DNA from: a virus
Taxonomy: Duplodnaviria; Heunggongvirae; Uroviricota; Caudoviricetes
Length of the DNA: 13,226 nucleotides
IMG/VR virus record: IMGVR_UViG_2563366869_000004
Strand: one strand, 5' to 3'
The position numbers were made by a program, and so were the translations under genes. Shown here one piece after another: positions 1-8,264 of this stretch (position 1 is its first letter; each line of letters opens with the position of its first letter). The notes under the pieces are model-generated. The model did not search any database, had not been told where the DNA came from, and saw only the letters and a program-made list of their open reading frames with translations.

Positions 1-1284
1 TTACAGACTTCTGGAAGGTTGCGCAGCTCTTACAACACGCGGTTGATCTTCCGCAGCGTCTTCCAGCGCACTTAAATCACGGTCTTTCACTTCTGGCATT
101 TTCAGCGCAGAGATTAAACCAATCACTGAATATGCCATGATCATAATGGCGATCGGATACCAGGATTCCGTCATGGTGCAGAAAATACCCGCCAGGATAG
201 GACCAAAACCGGAAGCGATAAGACCACCAATTTCTTTAGAAATGGCCATCCGGGTAAAGCGGTTTTTACAGCCGAACATTTCTGCCATGGTAATGTTTTC
301 CAGAGCAAATAATCCCAGCACCGCACAGTTATGAATCACAATCAGTGCAACCATAATGGTGCTCGGGGCATAGCTTTTATCTACAATGATAGAAAGCATT
401 GGCCATGCCAGCACAATCGCGGAGGTATTCATAATAATATACGGGATCCGGCGACCAATTTTATCGGATAACCAACCAAGGAACGGAATGGTCATAAAGC
501 CGAGAATCGAACTAATCATCAATGCATCTGTTGGAATTGCTTTGTTAAACAATAACGTCTGCACTAAATAGCCTGCAAGGAAAGTCTGAATTAACCCGGA
601 GTTACCCGCCTGACCAAAACGCAGCCCTGTTGCCAGCCAGAAGGATTTGCTCTGGAACATGCTACCAGCAGGTGCAGGTTTTGCTGTGGGTTGGTTGCTG
701 TCATTAACCTTCTCAAAGACCGGGCTTTCTTTCAGATTCATACGTAACCAGATAGCAAAGACCATCACGACAACGCTCGCCAGGAACGGTATACGCCATC
801 CCCACGCCAGCAGTTCCTCTTTACTGAGAATGAAGAACATAAAGGCCCAGATTGCCGTTGCGCTCAAGGTTCCGCAGTTAGTTCCCATAGCTACAAATGA
901 GGAGATAATTCCGCGCTTACCTTTTGGTGCATATTCCGCCAGCATCGTACCGGCACCGGAAATTTCCGCACCTGCACCCAACCCCTGAATAATACGCAGC
1001 GTCACCAGCAAGATGGGGGCAAAAACACCAATCTGTGCATAGGTCGGTAACACACCAATTAAGGTGGTACAGATCCCCATCATGGTGATGGTAATAAAGA
1101 GCATTTTTTTACGCCCTATTCTGTCGCCCATTTTGCCGAAAATAAATGCTCCGACAATACGCGCCACATAACCTGCACCGTAGGTTCCCATTGCCAAAAT
1201 TAACGCCATTGCCGTTGATGATTCAGGAAAAAATATTTCATGAAACACCAACGCTGCGCCGAGCGAATATAACTGGAAATCCAT
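1..1284 (-). CDS. ydfJ: MFS (metabolite:H+ symporter-type) transporter, apparently N-terminally truncated at the prophage junction
   Basis: Complete 427-codon ORF (ATG at 1282-1284, TAA at 1-3). Translation has many hydrophobic spans and the MFS loop motif GKMGDRIGRKKML. It aligns from memory to ShiA/ProP-type symporters but starts at the equivalent of mid-TM1 (DFQLYSLGAALVF vs ShiA DFLLYGITAALVF), so about 30 N-terminal residues are missing. Weak SD upstream. The ydfJ name rests on the Qin-like context and my recollection that K-12 YdfJ is 427 aa. Confidence 0.8.
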   Translation of the reverse strand: MDFQLYSLGAALVFHEIFFPESSTAMALILAMGTYGAGYVARIVGAFIFGKMGDRIGRKKMLFITITMMGICTTLIGVLPTYAQIGVFAPILLVTLRIIQGLGAGAEISGAGTMLAEYAPKGKRGIISSFVAMGTNCGTLSATAIWAFMFFILSKEELLAWGWRIPFLASVVVMVFAIWLRMNLKESPVFEKVNDSNQPTAKPAPAGSMFQSKSFWLATGLRFGQAGNSGLIQTFLAGYLVQTLLFNKAIPTDALMISSILGFMTIPFLGWLSDKIGRRIPYIIMNTSAIVLAWPMLSIIVDKSYAPSTIMVALIVIHNCAVLGLFALENITMAEMFGCKNRFTRMAISKEIGGLIASGFGPILAGIFCTMTESWYPIAIMIMAYSVIGLISALKMPEVKDRDLSALEDAAEDQPRVVRAAQPSRSL

Positions 1285-2000
1285 AATTCACAGATGTTTT
1301 TTCTCATTCTGTGGTTTCCTTGGCGCTTTCTAGGTTTTTTCAGATAGTTACATTTTTTCAAAAGCATCCTGAGTTCGATCTTACTATCTATCTGTGGCCT
1401 ATTTCTGTCCCATATATGCCCCAAAAAACACCCCAACAGATAAGCAATCTTTTCATGGTGTTACGCGTAAAAACAATAACGGCTTGAAATTATTCAATAC
1501 ACTCTCGAAAGTGCATCAGCCAACCGCAGAACGTTATTGCATACAACGTTTCTGCGGCATATCACGAAACGATTACTTAATGACTGGGACTTCAGACCAC
1601 TCAATATCCGGTACAATTATGTATCAACGCAGTTTAACAACACCCTATATTTAATCCAGAGTGCGAGCAACGTTGTCCCTTTCTCTTTTGCACTCTTAAA
1701 ATATACGATTACTTAAGTGAAGATGCTTGACGAATCGCCAAATAAAACATCTTCATCAGCATAAAAATCCATATATGATTGAAAATTTAGTCATTAATAC
1801 CATTCATATCTGAATACTAACCTAATACGCTTACTAACCGTGAGAAATCTTTTTTTTCGACTTAATCACTCGAAATAAACTTTCACTCAATTGAAAACAA
1901 TTAGCTACAATTATCATTGCAATATCAAATCAAACATAACAACTTGCATAAATTCTCATGGGATACAGCATCAGTTGTGCCAAACACATAAGGAATTGAA

Positions 2001-2198
2001 ATGGACGGAGAAAGCTTTAACTTTGATGACAATGATATTGAATTTATTGCTTCAATGTATGCATCATGTAAATTATCAGGAAGTATCGCCCCCATAATGC
2101 ATATAATGGTTAGCATTCCAAAAAATAAGAAAAAACAATTCTACGAACGAGTTGAGCATTATTGTAGTTTATATTCCAATAAAAACCCACCTTCTTAA
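2001..2198 (+). CDS. Small hypothetical protein (65 aa) in the AT-rich region
   Basis: ATG at 2001 is preceded by AAGGAA with about 5 nt spacing. ORF of 65 codons, no recognisable motif. Two other ORFs overlap it in other frames, so coding status is uncertain. Confidence 0.3.
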   Translation: MDGESFNFDDNDIEFIASMYASCKLSGSIAPIMHIMVSIPKNKKKQFYERVEHYCSLYSNKNPPS

Positions 2199-2329
2199 AT
2201 TCGCTGCATTCTAGTGGATTCCATTAAGAAAACAATGACATACACTCAAACACATCTTTTTTATCAACAGTGAATTTCAGTTCGGCCAGTTTTTACCAGC
2301 TATTATAAAAATAGCACCCATATAAAGTT

Positions 2330-2430
2330 TTTACCCCACAGGTACAGCTGGCCATTCGATAACCGCACTAAGGAAGTGCCAACACGACATCAGCAAGACC
2401 CGATATTTCTTCCATGCCGCCAGCAACGAT
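2330..2430 (-). pseudogene. Remnant of a second tail-fibre-assembly (tfa) 3' end
   Basis: 2341-2430 aligns base-by-base, same orientation, with the 3' end of the intact tfa at 3031-3120 (ctggccattc, caacacg, cagcaa, acccgata, ttcttcca, ccagcaacga shared). Minus-strand translation gives ...IEWPAVPVG*, a Tfa C-terminus, but the frame has an internal stop upstream. No ORF of 60 aa or more covers it. Confidence 0.5.
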
Positions 2431-2901
2431 GTTAAGGTTAAATTAATTATAAAAAAATATATTATAATTCCATCTTCGCATTAAATTTTAACCTTTAATC
2501 TCCACACGGAACAAGTTGCATAGGTGACTATATTAAGAAAACTTATAACCACCAAAAAGATTTGCTTTGCAAGCAAAAACAGTGACCATTGACTCTAAGA
2601 AAATTCCGATCTATTGTTAGTGTCATCAAAGTTACTTAACAGTATTCCGAAATGAAAATACAAAGCAAGCTAATTGTCTTATTAAACATTATCATTGCAT
2701 TTATATTATTTGAGCTTTTAGCTCAAAAATTTGGTTTGAGTACATTATTTTAAAGCAAGATAAACAATATCGGGCACTCTAGTTTTTATAATTAACAATT
2801 AAACGCCCATAAAATGTTATTTACTTTTCTTCGCTATTGTCATATCTTAATATAGTGGCTTACGCCACTCTACTTTCATCATATTTTGTACGTTTATGTA
2901 C

Positions 2902-2932
2902 TCGCCATGAAGCTCTTTCATGGCGATTTTTT
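2902..2932 (+). terminator. Rho-independent terminator, plus-strand sense
   Basis: Perfect 10-bp stem tcgccatgaa / ttcatggcga with 5-nt loop gctct, followed directly by tttttt (2927-2932). No A-run on the other side, so it is unidirectional and convergent with tfa. Confidence 0.5.
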
Positions 2933-3018
2933 ATTCTTAATCCAAGAACATACTCCCTACCTATAGAAAAATCACTTTTTGAACAAAAGAATAACGTATT
3001 TAGGTAATCATTACGAAT

Positions 3019-3600
3019 TTACCCTATAGGTGCTACTGGCCATTCAATATCCGGTGCAGTTGTTGTATTAACACGGTTCAGCAACACCCGATACTTCTTC
3101 CAGGCTTCCAGCAACGAGATTTCTTCCTCCGTTGCAATTTCCAGATCTGCAGCATCCTGAAGCGGCGCAATATGCTCACTGGCTACCTGCATCAGGTTGT
3201 TTTTTGTTTCTTCCGCCTCCCGGATCCGGAACAGTTTTTCTGCTTCCGTATCCTTCACCCAGGCTGTGCCGTTCCACTTCTGATATTCCCCTTCCGGCGA
3301 TAACCAGGTGACATTTTCCGGTAACGAGCCAAGTTCAGAAATAAATAACGCGTCGCCGGAAGCCACGTCATAGACGGTTTTTCCCCGATGATCTTCAACG
3401 AGATGCCACGATGCCTCATCACTGTTGAAAACAGCCACAAAGCCAGCCGGAATATCTGGCGGTGCAATATCGGTACTGTTTGCTGGCAGACCTGTATGAG
3501 GCGGAATATATGCGTCACCTTCACCAATAAATTCATTAGTTCCGGCCAGCAGATTATAAATTTTTATGGTCCGTGGTTGTTCACTCATTCTGAATGCCAT
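3019..3600 (-). CDS. tfa: Tail fibre assembly protein Tfa (lambda Tfa-like)
   Basis: 193-aa ORF beginning [48 protein letters not shown], which matches lambda Tfa as I remember it; ends ...IEWPVAPIG. Its ATG overlaps the stop of the upstream stf ORF (TAATG arrangement at 3598-3602). Confidence 0.9.
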   Translation of the reverse strand: MAFRMSEQPRTIKIYNLLAGTNEFIGEGDAYIPPHTGLPANSTDIAPPDIPAGFVAVFNSDEASWHLVEDHRGKTVYDVASGDALFISELGSLPENVTWLSPEGEYQKWNGTAWVKDTEAEKLFRIREAEETKNNLMQVASEHIAPLQDAADLEIATEEEISLLEAWKKYRVLLNRVNTTTAPDIEWPVAPIG

Positions 3601-5297
3601 TATGCAAGCCTCACAATATAGTTAAATGCGATGTTTTTGACGGTGTTTTCCGCGTTACCAGCAGCGTTAACGGTGATGGTGTGTCCATGTGAACCAATCG
3701 CAACGGAGTGCGTATGAGCACCAATACCGACAGTATGCGCGTGTGCACCTGCAGATGCTGCTGTGCCGGACAGTGAGTGGCTATGGTTACCATCTGTACT
3801 GGTATTAGCTAACGCCCCCGTAGACATACCTACTGAGCCTTGTACACCCCAGGTATTTTGACCTGAGCTTGTATAACCATATTGATAAGTATCTTTAAAA
3901 ACACTGGGGTTAAATCGACGGCCATCTCTATGGCTGTGATTACCAGCTGCATTCGTGCTGCCACTTAAACTATGGGTATGCGCACCAGTGTTATTCGTGG
4001 ATTTAGTGCCGTAATCAAACGACGATGTGGTTTTCGTCCCCAAATCAGTACTGGATGCGCTGGCGCTGTGGGTATGCGATTTTATGCCGTCCTGTTCCTG
4101 AGACAATACGGCACGACCACTGGCGGGCTTGCCCTTAATCGTCCAGCCACGCATATCAGGGATCACGCCTGACGGATAAGCGGCTGCAAGTTTCGGGTAG
4201 GCAGATTTGTCAAAAGTCTGCCCCTGCATCAGGGCATAACCAGACGGAACGGTATCTGATGGCCACGGGATTGGTGCGCCGACTGGGTAGCTTTCTGGTG
4301 GAAGATTTTTCGAGGTATAAACTTCTGCCCAGTCTTCCTCAAAACCATAACCGTCTCTTGAAGAACGGTAGAACAGACCACCATTTCTGTAATGCGCCTT
4401 CATCTGCAAGGTCCGGCAACTTCCGACTCCGGTATAGAAGTTAACCAGAATATAGCTGTCGCCAGAGCGGGTGACATTATAAGCGCCTGATTCGGCATTC
4501 CAGGGAACGCCACCATCCGCATCGGCATATGTATCCGTTGCCCTTCTGGCAAAAGCAGCCACATGCGCGGCGGTTAAAGTAATATCTTTGGAACCATCAA
4601 ACTCAACACCAGAAACCCGTCTTGGCGTTTGCAGCTTTGTTGCTGTTAATGCATTACCGTTCAGACTTGCGGACAGTTTGGTTCCAATAACCAGTTCGCC
4701 GGTTGCGTTATCAATAGCAAACGGTCTTAATGTATTCCAGCCACCATAAACATCACCTTGATTGGTAAGCAGCAGGTAAGTTTTAGCGCCATCATTACGC
4801 CATAATGCCCCATACTCCCCACCTATCATTCGAATCTGATTACCACCACGCGCTACAATTTCGTCTGTGGCAAAAAGTTTTTTGCACGACAAGTTATCGT
4901 TAACGATTAATGAATGAGACTCATAAAAACCACGCCCACTCTTAAAATCAAGGATAACGTCCGCCGCGATACATTCAGTCGCCGGATTTGTTGCCCCAAA
5001 CTTATAGGTCGTATCATTAACAACGAGATCAGCACCAGGTGCGGATATTGACAGGCCATCTTCGATAAACGCAAAAACAGGGAAAGCAGCGCCATCAACA
5101 TAGAACACAGAGCGCAAATCATCGCCCTTATTACTCATCATTATTGAGTGGATGGCTCGTTCATTGTTTTGATATTGCCAGAACATTCCATAAGCATAAC
5201 GCCCCCTGTCAGTCCAGCCACCAGGCATAACAAATCCGTTATTCGAGCAACCCACCAGCGATATCAGCAGGAACAGGCAGATCACAGGTTTTTTCAC
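3600..5297 (-). CDS. stf: Side tail fibre protein (lambda Stf-like C-terminal HxH tip domain) with an N-terminal lipoprotein-type signal peptide; probable deletion fusion
   Basis: 565-codon ORF. The C-terminal region ([75 protein letters not shown] ... [29 protein letters not shown]) has the repeated HxH motifs and the ending of lambda Stf. The N-terminus [17 protein letters not shown] is a signal peptide with lipobox LVGC. The start is GTG at 5297 with GGGAGA about 9 nt upstream, in a different frame from and overlapping the 3' end of the Rz-like gene. About 565 aa is short for a lambda-type Stf. Confidence 0.8.
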   Translation of the reverse strand: MKKPVICLFLLISLVGCSNNGFVMPGGWTDRGRYAYGMFWQYQNNERAIHSIMMSNKGDDLRSVFYVDGAAFPVFAFIEDGLSISAPGADLVVNDTTYKFGATNPATECIAADVILDFKSGRGFYESHSLIVNDNLSCKKLFATDEIVARGGNQIRMIGGEYGALWRNDGAKTYLLLTNQGDVYGGWNTLRPFAIDNATGELVIGTKLSASLNGNALTATKLQTPRRVSGVEFDGSKDITLTAAHVAAFARRATDTYADADGGVPWNAESGAYNVTRSGDSYILVNFYTGVGSCRTLQMKAHYRNGGLFYRSSRDGYGFEEDWAEVYTSKNLPPESYPVGAPIPWPSDTVPSGYALMQGQTFDKSAYPKLAAAYPSGVIPDMRGWTIKGKPASGRAVLSQEQDGIKSHTHSASASSTDLGTKTTSSFDYGTKSTNNTGAHTHSLSGSTNAAGNHSHRDGRRFNPSVFKDTYQYGYTSSGQNTWGVQGSVGMSTGALANTSTDGNHSHSLSGTAASAGAHAHTVGIGAHTHSVAIGSHGHTITVNAAGNAENTVKNIAFNYIVRLA

Positions 5298-5562
5298 GGC
5301 GGAGAATCTCCCGGTATTCGATTACGGTTTTTTCGGTGCTGGTGTCGATCAGGGAGTTAAGACTGTTGGCATGTTCTGCAACCTGATTGAATCGATTGAA
5401 GTTGAATGCCTGGGTGGCGATTACCTGCCCCAGCATAGAGTTGTCACTTCGCAGAACGTCGTTATCGCTCTGAAGATTACTGGCGTAAGAGCAACTCTTG
5501 ACGAGAGCGACCGAAAGGCCAGCAATAACGACAACGCCTATAAGATCCGGATTAATTTTCAT
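5239..5562 (-). CDS. Rz-like i-spanin (inner-membrane spanin component)
   Basis: ATG at 5560-5562 overlaps the endolysin TGA (ATGA overlap). 107 aa with an N-terminal TM segment ([15 protein letters not shown]) followed by a hydrophilic, probably coiled region; position immediately after the endolysin fits a spanin. The longer six-frame ORF (to 5655) would overlap the endolysin in another frame and is not preferred. Confidence 0.55.
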   Translation of the reverse strand: MKINPDLIGVVVIAGLSVALVKSCSYASNLQSDNDVLRSDNSMLGQVIATQAFNFNRFNQVAEHANSLNSLIDTSTEKTVIEYREILRREKTCDLPVPADIAGGLLE

Positions 5563-6101
5563 TGCTCCAGCCCCCAGCACGCCAGTGCGCTTTCCTGATC
5601 GCGCCGCTCGACCTGCCCATAACAGCCATTCTTCTGCCCTTTTGTCAGGCGGCAATCACGCCCACCATCTTTTATCCACCAGCGAATCGCCTCGCATGCC
5701 CCCTTACGATCATCGGCATTCAGCCGCTTATAAAACGTCGACGGGAAACACTTACCGGGGCCAATGTTATAGGGACAAAATGACGCTATACCCGCTTTCT
5801 GTGGTTCGGTCAGTGGCACTTTAATATTGCGCTCCACCCATGCCAGCGCCTTATCCCGTTCAATGGCGTTAACCTGGTCGCATTTTTCCTTCGACAGTTT
5901 CATACCGGGAAAAACGGGTTTTCCATCCACCACCGTGGCACCCCGACAGATGGTCCAGATGCCGGAACCATCGCGGTATGCCGTTGTGTGGTTACCTTCT
6001 TTTTCATTCAGAAACTGGTCGAGAATATCAGGCGCAGGCGCACCGACGGCAATCAGTGCCAGAACGGCAGCCGACAGGCCGTATCTGATTTTTACGTTCA
6101 T
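5559..6101 (-). CDS. SAR endolysin (T4-lysozyme-like, GH24)
   Basis: 180-aa ORF, ATG at 6099-6101. N-terminal hydrophobic, Gly/Ala-rich signal-anchor-release-type segment (LSAAVLALIAVGAPAP) followed by the lysozyme catalytic motif E-x8-D-x5-T (EGNHTTAYRDGSGIWTICRGAT). Weak SD. Confidence 0.9.
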   Translation of the reverse strand: MNVKIRYGLSAAVLALIAVGAPAPDILDQFLNEKEGNHTTAYRDGSGIWTICRGATVVDGKPVFPGMKLSKEKCDQVNAIERDKALAWVERNIKVPLTEPQKAGIASFCPYNIGPGKCFPSTFYKRLNADDRKGACEAIRWWIKDGGRDCRLTKGQKNGCYGQVERRDQESALACWGLEQ

Positions 6102-6206
6102 GGATTTTTATCAGGATTTATCGGTTTCTGAACCCTGGATATGTTTATCTGTCCCGGCCTGTTGAATCAGGCAAGGAATAGTTAAATACAATAGAGAGGA
6201 TTGTTT

Positions 6207-6479
6207 ATGGACAATAGCACCATTTCTCTACAGGAGTTGCTCGACTGCATTTCCAAGCTTCGGGATGATGTAAATGCCCTTACTGTCGCATTTTCATATC
6301 TGGCATTCTCAATTCCCAAGGAACAAATGCAACCAACACTGGCATCGCTCCAGCTTGAATCACTCAACCCCAAATGGTCCCAGCAACAACAAAATTCTTT
6401 CAAGTGGCTGGCGATATTACTGGAAGAAAAATATGCTGGTGAAATTACCATTTCGGCGGAGTCTTCAGAGAACCAGTAA
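6207..6479 (+). CDS. Small hypothetical protein (90 aa) encoded opposite to the lysis genes
   Basis: ATG at 6207 preceded by AGAGAGGA (6193-6200) at ideal spacing; TAA at 6477-6479. MDNSTISLQELLDCISKLRDDVNALTVAF... has balanced composition and no motif I recognise. Its 3' end overlaps the 3' end of the convergent YdfR-like ORF by 35 nt. Confidence 0.5.
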   Translation: MDNSTISLQELLDCISKLRDDVNALTVAFSYLAFSIPKEQMQPTLASLQLESLNPKWSQQQQNSFKWLAILLEEKYAGEITISAESSENQ

Positions 6480-6789
6480 TTCTTCCCGGTAGCTTTCCTT
6501 TGTAGGTTATCCACACATTCTGCGCCTCTAAAATTATGGGGCGCTTTTCCGGCGACAGCTCATCCCCTTCACATAACCCGGCAGCAACATCCAGGAAGAC
6601 CTGTCTGATGCTCCTTCTGGCTGCTGCCTCATAAAACTCCAGCGCGGCACCTTCAACACGGTCCAGCGAGATGTCCAGGTCAAAAATTTCACCGTCAAAG
6701 CGTTCTTTGTCCCGTAACGCTAAAGTTACCGTAACTTTATTCTCAAAATTGCGGATCCCTTTCACAATCAGTTCATATTTTTGAGTCAT
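6445..6789 (-). CDS. YdfR-like (DUF1327-type) lysis-cassette protein
   Basis: 114-aa ORF, ATG at 6787-6789 with GGGGAGAG SD, starting 4 nt after the holin stop. It occupies the position between S21-type holin and endolysin that ydfR holds in Qin. Family assignment is by position and memory, not by a sequence match. The C-terminal third may read into inserted DNA. Confidence 0.55.
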   Translation of the reverse strand: MTQKYELIVKGIRNFENKVTVTLALRDKERFDGEIFDLDISLDRVEGAALEFYEAAARRSIRQVFLDVAAGLCEGDELSPEKRPIILEAQNVWITYKGKLPGRITGSLKTPPKW

Positions 6790-6793
6790 TGAA

Positions 6794-7009
6794 TTACTCT
6801 CCCCGTGCAGCCTTACGCTTGTCTTCTTTAATCTTGAAATAAAGGTTTGTCAGGTACGTCAGCAGGCCAAATACCAGGCTACCCAGCACACCTATTGCTG
6901 CCCACTGTGAGGGCGTGACTTTATCGAGCAGCTGTAAAAACCAGTAGCCAGCACTGCCTGCGGAGGTGCCGTAGGCAATGCCTGTTGAAATTTTGTCCAT
7001 GGATTTCAT
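6794..7009 (-). CDS. Phage 21 S-type pinholin with dual-start motif
   Basis: 71-aa [74 protein letters not shown], close to S21 as I remember it. Met1-Lys2-Ser3-Met4 dual start (ATG at 7007-7009 and 6998-7000). Strong SD GGAGGTGA upstream. The six-frame ORF extends to 7066 but the RBS supports 7009. Confidence 0.9.
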   Translation of the reverse strand: MKSMDKISTGIAYGTSAGSAGYWFLQLLDKVTPSQWAAIGVLGSLVFGLLTYLTNLYFKIKEDKRKAARGE

Positions 7010-7113
7010 AGCCTCACCTCCGCACGGAACGGATGGCATAGTTATTATGTGTAGGCTTCCAGACACATCAATCGGAGCCTTAATTGATATATATGCTGGA
7101 GACGATGCAATAT

Positions 7114-7135
7114 AAAAAGCTCGCCGTAGCGAGCT
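7114..7135 (-). terminator. Rho-independent terminator downstream of the lipoprotein pair
   Basis: Minus-sense RNA forms stem AGCUCGC / GCGAGCU with loop UACG, followed by UUUUUAUAUU (plus-strand A-run 7114-7118 adjoining hairpin 7119-7134). It lies between the lipoprotein gene end (7261) and the holin start (7009). Confidence 0.5.
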
Positions 7136-7260
7136 AATAAAATGTATTTCTCTGATATTATGTTTATTTGTATTAGCTCAGACTTGACATCACAGGTTTC
7201 GTATATAGAACATCATCAAATCTGTCAGTTTGCTATGAATGAGATATAGTAATTGAAGAG

Positions 7261-7656
7261 CTAACCTCGCATGTCAAAGCCAGATTTCTGAAAATCTCTG
7301 TAGACTTCCGGATTGTTGAAGGCCGGAAATTTGGCTTTATGAGCTGCGGACTTTATCGCTTCGCAATAGGCTTTATCACCGTTACTGGTAGATATTTTTA
7401 ACGCCGTGCCATCCTGAGAGAATTCCATATGCAACCTGCATTTTTTCCCTTTCCAGTTATGCGGCTCATCAAGTTTGGCATTAATTGCAGCTCTGATTCC
7501 CCGCGCTTGCGCCCCCCATTCATCCTGATCATCCCAGCGTCCTGAACTGCAACTACCTGTAGCAGTAGTTTTGTGGCAATCTGAAGGGTGTAAAGGTGTG
7601 CATCCCGCAACAAAACCGACCCAAAAAGTCAACATAACGATTTTCTTTAATCCCAC
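7261..7656 (-). CDS. Lipoprotein with divergent TolA C-terminal (domain III)-like domain, paralog of the upstream gene
   Basis: GTG at 7656 preceded by GAGGAG at 6 nt; TAG at 7261-7263. Signal peptide MGLKKIVMLTFWVGFVAGC with lipobox VAGC and Thr at +2. C-terminus KKCRLHMEFSQDGTALKISTSNGDKAYCEAIKSAAHKAKFPAFNNPEVYRDFQKSGFDM aligns with the upstream paralog and with the TolA domain III C-terminus, both Cys conserved. Confidence 0.75.
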   Translation of the reverse strand: MGLKKIVMLTFWVGFVAGCTPLHPSDCHKTTATGSCSSGRWDDQDEWGAQARGIRAAINAKLDEPHNWKGKKCRLHMEFSQDGTALKISTSNGDKAYCEAIKSAAHKAKFPAFNNPEVYRDFQKSGFDMRG

Positions 7657-7806
7657 TTCTTGCTCCTCAATCCATTAAAATCTCAGCAATAGTAGTTGTT
7701 ACGTCCGCCACTGGCTCAGAGCTGACTATCCGCTAGATTTAGCTCAGTGCCGTAGTTGTGTCAGAACAAACCTAAGCCGAAACCGTTTATTACAAAACAA
7801 TAAATA

Positions 7807-8235
7807 TCAGGGTTTAAAATCCAGCACCCCATTTTGAAATACTTTATATACTTCCGGCGAAGGGGGGGCAGGTATATCAGCATTCTTTATCGCATTCATC
7901 GCTTCACGACATAAATCGAGGTCTCCACTTTCTCTTTTAACCTCCAGTAGAAGGCCATTCGGGGCCATATGCATTCTCAGTGTACACTCTTTTCCTGAAT
8001 ACTTACTCGCATCCCCGAACTGTTTTTCGATGGCGCTCTTGATTTGATGGGCATACAGACGGATATCCTCACTAACATCAGAAGTACGTTCAGATGAACT
8101 CACATACTGTGTCTCTATTGCTTTATCGGAGTAATATGATGTACGGTCATGATAATTTGTCGATACAGCATCAGTGCACCCGATAATAATCCCACTAATA
8201 ATCAACGTAAGAATTGATGCGCTACGAAAACCCAT
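7807..8235 (-). CDS. Lipoprotein with TolA C-terminal (domain III)-like domain
   Basis: ATG at 8233-8235 preceded by GAGGA at about 5 nt. Signal peptide MGFRSASILTLIISGIIIGC with lipobox IIGC and Thr at +2. C-terminal 85 aa YAHQIKSAIEKQFGDASKYSGKECTLRMHMAPNGLLLEVKRESGDLDLCREAMNAIKNADIPAPPSPEVYKVFQNGVLDFKP matches the end of E. coli TolA as I remember it (YAGQIKSAIESKFYDASSYAGKTCTLRIKLAPDGMLLDIKPEGGDPALCQAALAAAKLAKIPKPPSQAVYEVFKNAPLDFKP), including both Cys and the terminal LDFKP. Confidence 0.85.
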   Translation of the reverse strand: MGFRSASILTLIISGIIIGCTDAVSTNYHDRTSYYSDKAIETQYVSSSERTSDVSEDIRLYAHQIKSAIEKQFGDASKYSGKECTLRMHMAPNGLLLEVKRESGDLDLCREAMNAIKNADIPAPPSPEVYKVFQNGVLDFKP

Positions 8236-8264
8236 TTTTCCTCACATATGTCATATAGTAAAGG

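Noticed and set aside
137-988. Three plus-strand ORFs (137-334, 386-571, 647-988) inside the transporter gene
   Set aside because: Antisense shadow ORFs within a well-supported membrane-protein gene; no RBS, low-complexity products.
1394-1654. 86-codon plus-strand ORF
   Set aside because: GTG start with no SD in an AT-rich region; product has no features; overlaps the 1524-1557 inverted repeat.
1891-2116. ORFs 1891-2097 (+) and 1925-2116 (-) overlapping the small 2001-2198 ORF
   Set aside because: Alternative frames of the same AT-rich stretch with no RBS; only the 2001 frame has a ribosome-binding site, and even that is low confidence.
3255-4444. Short ORFs in other frames or antisense within tfa and stf (3255-3536, 3388-3621, 3611-3793, 3972-4172, 4259-4444)
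   Set aside because: Embedded in strongly supported genes; His/Arg-rich translations typical of off-frame readings.
4907-5360. ORFs 4907-5122 (-) and 5148-5360 (+) within or antisense to stf and the Rz-like gene
   Set aside because: Overlap supported genes; no RBS.
5239-5655. Longer 138-codon version of the Rz-like ORF starting MPPDKRAEEW
   Set aside because: It would overlap the endolysin C-terminus by about 90 nt in another frame; the ATG at 5562, overlapping the endolysin stop, is the better start.
5371-6165. Plus-strand ORFs (5371-5598, 5498-5824, 5562-5783, 5827-6165) antisense to the Rz-like and endolysin genes
   Set aside because: Antisense shadow ORFs in a GC-richer coding stretch; no RBS.
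6182-6514. Minus-strand ORF 6182-6514 and plus-strand ORF 6274-6492 overlapping the small plus-strand gene
   Set aside because: Neither has an RBS, whereas the 6207-6479 frame has an ideal SD; treated as frame shadows.
7700-7760. tRNA-like motif TTAGCTCAGTG between the two lipoprotein genes
   Set aside because: Only a D-arm-like string; no acceptor stem, anticodon stem or T-arm can be built on either strand.
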